Below the pieces are notes generated by a model. The model saw nothing but the letters and a program-made list of their open reading frames with translations, ran no database searches and was not told the origin of the DNA. Below are positions 26,716 to 32,000 of a stretch of 32,000 bases of DNA, one piece after another; positions within the stretch are counted from its first letter, which is position 1; each line of letters opens with the position of its first letter. Origin of the DNA: Cylindrospermopsis raciborskii Cr2010 (GTDB taxonomy: Bacteria; Cyanobacteriota; Cyanobacteriia; Cyanobacteriales; Nostocaceae); the NCBI RefSeq assembly GCF_003367075.2, contig NZ_CP065936.1, positions 1,500,001-1,532,000 of the forward strand, in the 5' to 3' direction. The translations under genes and the position numbers were made by a program.

Positions 26716-29700
26716 ATGCCCGAAAATAAAGGTAAAAATCAAATCCACGGCATAATAGATGGTAACGAAGCAGTTGCTAGAGTTACTTATCCACTGAATG
26801 AGGTGATTGCCATCTATCCAATTACACCATCTTCACCCATGGCCGAATCCTCCGATGGATGGATGAGTGATAACCGACCAAATGTTTGGGGGATTGTTCC
26901 CACGGTGGTACAGTTACAAAGTGAAGGTGGTGTTGCGGGTGCTGTACATGGAGCTTTACAAACCGGTTCCCTGACCACCACATTTACTGCTTCCCAGGGA
27001 TTAATGCTAATGATCCCCAATATGTATAAAATTGCTGGTGAACTTACCTCCACCGTATTCCACGTCGCAGCGCGATCGCTCGCAGCGCAAGCATTATCAA
27101 TTTTTGGGGATCATAGCGATGTCATGGCTACCAGAAGCACTGGTTTTGCCATGTTATGTGCAGCATCAGTGCAGGAAGCACAGGATTTGGCAGTGATTTC
27201 TACCCGCACCAGTTTAGAGTCTCGCATACCGTTTCTACACTTTTTTGATGGTTTTCGCACTTCCCACGAGGTAAATAAAATAGAAATCCTCACCAATGAG
27301 GAGTTAAAAAGTTTCATTCCCATAGAGTTAGTTATAGCCCATCGTAAAAGAGCTTTAACACCTGATAATCCAGTATTAAGGGGAACTGCCCAAAATCCTG
27401 ATGTTTACTTTCAAGCAAGGGAAACAGTGAATCCATTTTACTTAGCTTGTCCGGACATTACCCAAAGAGTAATGGATGAGTTTGGTCAAATGACAGGTCG
27501 TCAATATCAACTGTTTGAATACCATGGGGATCCACAAGCTGAGAGAATAATTGTCCTCATGGGTTCAGGTTGTGAAACAGTCCATGAAACAGTGGACTAT
27601 CTCAATCAACAGGGAGAAAAAGTGGGTGTGGTTAAAGTAAGACTATATAGACCTTTTGACACCCAGAGGTTTATTGATGCTCTACCAGAGACCACCCTAA
27701 GTATGGCAGTTTTAGATAGAACTAAGGAACCGGGAGCAATTGGTGAACCTCTATATATAGATGTTGTTACAGCATTAAGAGAAGCCCAACTCCATAAAAT
27801 TCAGGTGGTAGGTGGTAGATATGGGTTATCATCAAAAGAATTTACACCTGCTATGGTAAAAGCTGTGTTTGACCATTTACTTCCCAGAGTCCCAAATCAG
27901 AATATATCTAATAATACATATCCTAAGAATCATTTTACTGTTGGTATCAGGGATGATGTGACCCATAGTAGTTTAGAATATGATCCTGAATTTAACATTG
28001 AAGCGGATAGTATTGTGAGAGCCATATTCTATGGTTTAGGTGCTGATGGTACAGTTGGTGCGAACAAAAACTCAATTAAAATTATTGGCGAGGAAACTGA
28101 CAATTATGCCCAGGGTTACTTTGTCTATGATTCTAAAAAATCTGGCTCAGTTACCGTTTCTCATTTACGATTTGGTTCTCAACCAATTCGTGCCACTTAT
28201 TTAATCACCAAGGCTAATTTCCTAGCTTGTCATCAATGGGAATTTGTGGAAAAATTTCCCCTGTTGAAAGACCTTGTTCCCGGTGGCACATTTCTCCTCA
28301 ATTCCCCGTATAACCCAGAAGAAGTATGGGATAAATTACCCACCTCTTTGCAAGCAGAAATTATCAATAAACAAATCAAATTCTATGTAATTAATGCCTA
28401 CAAAGTTGCCAGAGAATCAGGTATGGGTGGATATATTAACACCGTCATGCAGGTCTGTTTCTTTGCTGTTTCTGGTGTTTTGCCTAGGGAAGAAGCCATA
28501 GAAAAGATTAAAAAATCCATTCGCAAAACCTACGGTAAAAAGGGTGAAGAAATTGTGGCTATGAATATACAAGCAGTGGATAAAACCCTAGACAATTTAC
28601 ACCAAATTACCCCAAAAGCAGCATTAGCTACCTCCCCCCTAGAATCACCTATCCCCGATCATGCACCCATATTCGTTAAAGATGTGTTAAGCAAAATGAT
28701 GGCTCGAGAAGGGGATGATTTACCAGTTAGTTGTTTACCTGTGGATGGTACATATCCCACGGGAACATCAAAATGGGAAAAACGCAACATTGCCCAGGAA
28801 ATACCAGTTTGGGATCCCCAAGTTTGTATTCAATGTGGTAAATGTGTCATGGTGTGTCCTCATGGGGTAATTAGAAGTAAGGTTTATCAACCTGAAGAAC
28901 TGGTAAATGCACCTCCTACTTTCAAAACCGCTAATGCTAAAGAACACCATTGGCATGAATTGAAATTTACCATTCAGGTTGCAGCAGAAGACTGTACAGG
29001 TTGTGCTTTGTGCGTTGATGTGTGTCCAGCCAAAAATAAAGCCCAACCTAAGAAAAAAGCTATCAATATGGCACAGCAAAGACCATTAAGAGAACAGGAA
29101 CGGGAAAATTGGGATTTCTTCTTGAATTTACCAAATCCAGATCGGAGGACTCTAAATTTGCACCATATCAATCAACAACAAATGCAGGAACCCCTATTTG
29201 AGTTCTCAGGTGCTTGTGCAGGATGTGGTGAAACACCTTATATTAAATTAGTGAGTCAATTATTTGGCGATCGCATGGTTGTGGCCAATGCGACGGGTTG
29301 TTCATCTATCTATGGTGGTAATTTACCCACCACACCTTGGACAAAAAACTCCCAGGGAAGAGGTCCAGCTTGGTCTAATAGTCTATTTGAAGATAATGCG
29401 GAATTTGGTCTAGGTTTTCGGGTTTCTATAAATAAACAACAGGAAACAGCAGCTTATTTACTGCAACAATTAGCATCCCATATAGGGGAAAATTTAGTTA
29501 GTGAAATTCTCAACTGTGAACAAAAAACCGAAGCGGATATTTACGAACAAAGAGAACGGGTGTCAGTTCTCAAACAAAGACTGGAGGAACTAGGGGAATC
29601 TGAAATCAGCAACCAGATCAAAAATCTCCAATCCCTAGCTGACTACCTGGTGAAAAAGAGTGTGTGGATTATTGGAGGTGACGGTTGGGCCTATGATATT

Positions 29701-30318
29701 GGTTACGGTGGATTAGATCATGTTATTGCTAGTGGAACTAATGTAAATATTTTAGTATTAGACACAGAAGTTTATTCTAATACTGGTGGACAAATGTCCA
29801 AATCTACCCCCAAAGGTGCAGTAGCTAAATTTGCTGCGGGAGGTAAAGCAGCAGCTAAAAAAGATCTAGGTTTAATGGCCATGAACTATGGTAATGTTTA
29901 CGTTGCTAGTGTGGCCATGGGAGCAAGAGATGAACACACATTAAGGGCATTTTTAGAAGCAGAAGCTTACGATGGACCATCCCTAATTATTGCCTACAGT
30001 CATTGTATTGCTCATGGTATTAATATGAGTACAGCCATGCAAAATCAAAAAGCTGCTGTGGATTCAGGAAGATGGTTATTATATCGTTATCATCCTGAAC
30101 GATTGCTACAGGGATTAAACCCTCTACAGCTTGATTCTCGCCACCCCAGAATACCTGTAGAAAATTCCATGTATATGGAAAATAGGTTCAAAATGCTCAC
30201 CAAAATTAATCCTGGAAGAGCTAAGGATTTACTCCAATCCGCTCAAGAAGATGTGAATACTCGCTGGCAAATGTATCAGTATTTAGCTGCTAGAAAATTC
30301 TCAGAACAACAAGAATAA
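26716..30318 (+). CDS. nifJ: Pyruvate:ferredoxin (flavodoxin) oxidoreductase
   Basis: 1200 aa, the typical single-chain PFOR length. It has two ferredoxin-type clusters (CIQCGKCVMVCP, CTGCALCVDVCP) and the TPP-binding region GGDGWAYDIGYGGLDH. The N-terminal IDGNEAVA...YPITPSS is also present. Confidence 0.95.
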   Translation: MPENKGKNQIHGIIDGNEAVARVTYPLNEVIAIYPITPSSPMAESSDGWMSDNRPNVWGIVPTVVQLQSEGGVAGAVHGALQTGSLTTTFTASQGLMLMIPNMYKIAGELTSTVFHVAARSLAAQALSIFGDHSDVMATRSTGFAMLCAASVQEAQDLAVISTRTSLESRIPFLHFFDGFRTSHEVNKIEILTNEELKSFIPIELVIAHRKRALTPDNPVLRGTAQNPDVYFQARETVNPFYLACPDITQRVMDEFGQMTGRQYQLFEYHGDPQAERIIVLMGSGCETVHETVDYLNQQGEKVGVVKVRLYRPFDTQRFIDALPETTLSMAVLDRTKEPGAIGEPLYIDVVTALREAQLHKIQVVGGRYGLSSKEFTPAMVKAVFDHLLPRVPNQNISNNTYPKNHFTVGIRDDVTHSSLEYDPEFNIEADSIVRAIFYGLGADGTVGANKNSIKIIGEETDNYAQGYFVYDSKKSGSVTVSHLRFGSQPIRATYLITKANFLACHQWEFVEKFPLLKDLVPGGTFLLNSPYNPEEVWDKLPTSLQAEIINKQIKFYVINAYKVARESGMGGYINTVMQVCFFAVSGVLPREEAIEKIKKSIRKTYGKKGEEIVAMNIQAVDKTLDNLHQITPKAALATSPLESPIPDHAPIFVKDVLSKMMAREGDDLPVSCLPVDGTYPTGTSKWEKRNIAQEIPVWDPQVCIQCGKCVMVCPHGVIRSKVYQPEELVNAPPTFKTANAKEHHWHELKFTIQVAAEDCTGCALCVDVCPAKNKAQPKKKAINMAQQRPLREQERENWDFFLNLPNPDRRTLNLHHINQQQMQEPLFEFSGACAGCGETPYIKLVSQLFGDRMVVANATGCSSIYGGNLPTTPWTKNSQGRGPAWSNSLFEDNAEFGLGFRVSINKQQETAAYLLQQLASHIGENLVSEILNCEQKTEADIYEQRERVSVLKQRLEELGESEISNQIKNLQSLADYLVKKSVWIIGGDGWAYDIGYGGLDHVIASGTNVNILVLDTEVYSNTGGQMSKSTPKGAVAKFAAGGKAAAKKDLGLMAMNYGNVYVASVAMGARDEHTLRAFLEAEAYDGPSLIIAYSHCIAHGINMSTAMQNQKAAVDSGRWLLYRYHPERLLQGLNPLQLDSRHPRIPVENSMYMENRFKMLTKINPGRAKDLLQSAQEDVNTRWQMYQYLAARKFSEQQE

Positions 30319-30330
30319 CACATACCCATT

Positions 30331-31377
30331 ATGAACCTGACTACCAACTATTTAGGAATGGAATTAAAATCACCCCTTGTACCTTCTGCTTCTCCTCTTT
30401 CTCAAGAGGTGGATAACATCAAATTGATGGAAGATGCGGGTGCGGGTGCTGTGGTGATGCACTCACTATTTGAAGAACAGTTGACTTTGGAAAAATATGA
30501 ACTCCATCATCATCTTACCTATGGAACAGAAAGTTTTGCAGAAGCGTTGACCTATTTTCCTGAACCAGCAGATTTTCGCGTTGGACCACAAGAATATTTA
30601 GAACATATTCGCACAGCTAAGGAGCAAGTCAATATTCCCATCATTGCCAGTTTAAACGGTTTCTCTCCTGGTGGGTGGACAGAATATGGCCAACTGATGC
30701 AGCAAGCAGGAGCATCTGCACTGGAATTAAATATCTACTATGTTCCTACCAATCCAGATTTAACCAGTGCGGAAGTAGAACAGAATTATATTGATATTCT
30801 CCAGTCAGTCAAAAAATCGGTGACAATTCCCGTTTCCGTCAAACTCAGTCCCTATTTTACTAATACTGCTAATATGGCAAAACGTTTAGACCGTACTGGA
30901 GCTGATGGACTGGTCTTATTTAATCGGTTTTATCAACCTGACATTAATTTAGAAACCCTAGAGGTTGAACCCCAGGTTCTTTTAAGTACGCCCCAAGCCA
31001 TGCGGTTACCCCTGCGCTGGATAGCGATCCTCTATGGTCATATTCATGGTAGTCTTGCTGCAACTAGTGGTATTCACAATGCTCAGGATATCATTAAAAT
31101 GCTTATGGTGGGTGCAAGTACAACTATGCTCTGCTCTGTAATTTTGCGAAATGGAATTAATTACCTTAAATCATTACAGGAGGATGTGATTAAATGGATG
31201 GAGACCCACGAATACGAATCCGTTAGACAAATGCAAGGTACCATGAGTCAGCTCAACTGTCCTGATCCTACCGCTTTTGAAAGGGCTCAATATATGAAAG
31301 TTTTGCAAAGTTATCAACCGGGATCGGAAAAAAAAGATACAAATCTCAACGCAGATAAGTTAATTGGTCACAGATAA
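30331..31377 (+). CDS. Dihydroorotate-dehydrogenase-like FMN TIM-barrel protein (non-canonical; the catalytic Cys/Ser motif is absent)
   Basis: 348 aa with DHOD class-1-like architecture (VSVKLSPY, LVLFNR, SGIHNAQDIIKMLMVGAS). ELNIYYVPTN stands where ELN(I/L)SCPN is expected. The gene starts 12 nt after the nifJ stop. Confidence 0.7.
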   Translation: MNLTTNYLGMELKSPLVPSASPLSQEVDNIKLMEDAGAGAVVMHSLFEEQLTLEKYELHHHLTYGTESFAEALTYFPEPADFRVGPQEYLEHIRTAKEQVNIPIIASLNGFSPGGWTEYGQLMQQAGASALELNIYYVPTNPDLTSAEVEQNYIDILQSVKKSVTIPVSVKLSPYFTNTANMAKRLDRTGADGLVLFNRFYQPDINLETLEVEPQVLLSTPQAMRLPLRWIAILYGHIHGSLAATSGIHNAQDIIKMLMVGASTTMLCSVILRNGINYLKSLQEDVIKWMETHEYESVRQMQGTMSQLNCPDPTAFERAQYMKVLQSYQPGSEKKDTNLNADKLIGHR

Positions 31378-31416
31378 TAAGTCACTGGTATTAAGAAATT
31401 TAAGGTAGTTAGTAAT

Positions 31417-32000
31417 ATGAAACGCATTGGTATCCTCACAAGTGGTGGAGACTGTCCGGGGTTAAATTGTGTGATTCGCGCAGTCGTAAGTCACGCCATA
31501 CTAACATATAATTGGGAAGTGGTTGGCATTCCTTATGCTACCCAAGGGTTACAGCAAAGACAAACTATCCCCTTAAGTATACATGGTTGGAATTTACGGG
31601 GAATAGATCCTTTATTGAATATGGGGGGAACAATTTTAGGTAGTATTAATGAGGGAGATACCCTTGCTGCTGCTGGAGAAATTTTGTCCGGTTATGAAGC
31701 TTTGGGTTTGGATGCTCTAATTGCTGTAGGTGGAGATGGAAGTTTGAAAATCATCCATGAACTGGCTACCATGGGGAATTGGCATTTAGTTGGTATTCCT
31801 AAAACCATTGATAATGATGTGGCTTTGACCGAACGTTCTATAGGTTTTGACACAGCAGTTAATACTATTGTGGATGCCATCAACTGTCTCACATTCACTG
31901 CTGCTAGTCATGATCGGGTAATGATTGTAGAGGTTATGGGACGCACTGCTGGTCATTTAGCTCTCCATTCTGGGATTGCTGGTGGTGCGGATGTAATCTT
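31417..32000 (+). CDS. pfkA: ATP-dependent 6-phosphofructokinase, 5' partial (runs off the window)
   Basis: MKRIGILTSGGDCPGLN..., IAVGGDGS, GIPKTIDND and VMGRTAGHLAL are canonical PfkA motifs. The frame is open to the window end. It is absent from the ORF track only because there is no stop in the window. Confidence 0.9.
   Translation, partial: MKRIGILTSGGDCPGLNCVIRAVVSHAILTYNWEVVGIPYATQGLQQRQTIPLSIHGWNLRGIDPLLNMGGTILGSINEGDTLAAAGEILSGYEALGLDALIAVGGDGSLKIIHELATMGNWHLVGIPKTIDNDVALTERSIGFDTAVNTIVDAINCLTFTAASHDRVMIVEVMGRTAGHLALHSGIAGGADVI

Noticed and set aside
31433-31443. 11-nt match (TCCTCACAAGT) to the first part of the 18-bp box, 16 nt into pfkA
   Set aside because: It encodes the universally conserved PFK motif ILTSGG and lacks the second TCCTCA repeat, so it is most likely a coding coincidence.
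31692-31898. Minus-strand ORF 31692-31898
   Set aside because: It is antisense to the clearly recognizable pfkA coding sequence.

Overview
This is a chromosomal window from a cyanobacterium, most likely a filamentous heterocyst-forming (Nostocales-type) strain. Support: I located at least 14 HIP1 palindromes (GCGATCGC) by eye, and the window also holds a psbA fragment, hopanoid genes, a HetP-like gene and small dispersed hairpin repeats. Content from left to right: (i) An array of P-loop NTPase / PD-(D/E)XK-nuclease fusion genes, with two full tandem copies, the 3' remnant of a third, and a stranded psbA 3' fragment with its terminator in one spacer. (ii) A housekeeping block of hpnH-hpnA (hopanoids), a small Cys-rich ORF, mnmE and a pentapeptide-repeat protein. 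(iii) An enteric-type fermentation operon, pflA-adhE-pflB, followed by a hydrogenase-maturation protease and an ADP-forming acetyl-CoA synthetase/GNAT fusion. (iv) A heterogeneous segment of about 8.2 kb bounded by inverted copies of a ~110 bp MITE-like element. It carries a PstS-like binding protein, a Ser/Thr kinase, an orphan LivG/NatA-type ABC ATPase, an AT-rich NYN-domain protein, a fibrillin, and a GH65 phosphorylase with a gutted catalytic domain fused to beta-phosphoglucomutase. (v) A HetP-like gene, nifJ (PFOR), a DHOD-like flavoprotein lacking the catalytic Cys motif, and the 5' part of pfkA. I saw no rRNA, tRNA, CRISPR array, transposase or integrase gene. The most noteworthy observations are the tandem NTPase-nuclease paralogs with sharply localized hypervariable segments (a candidate conflict/defence module), an exact 18-bp box (two TCCTCA repeats 11 bp apart) shared by the pflA and nifJ upstream regions, and the MITE-bounded segment that splits the fermentation supercluster. 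All functional calls rest on motif and family recognition by eye; no database search was run.
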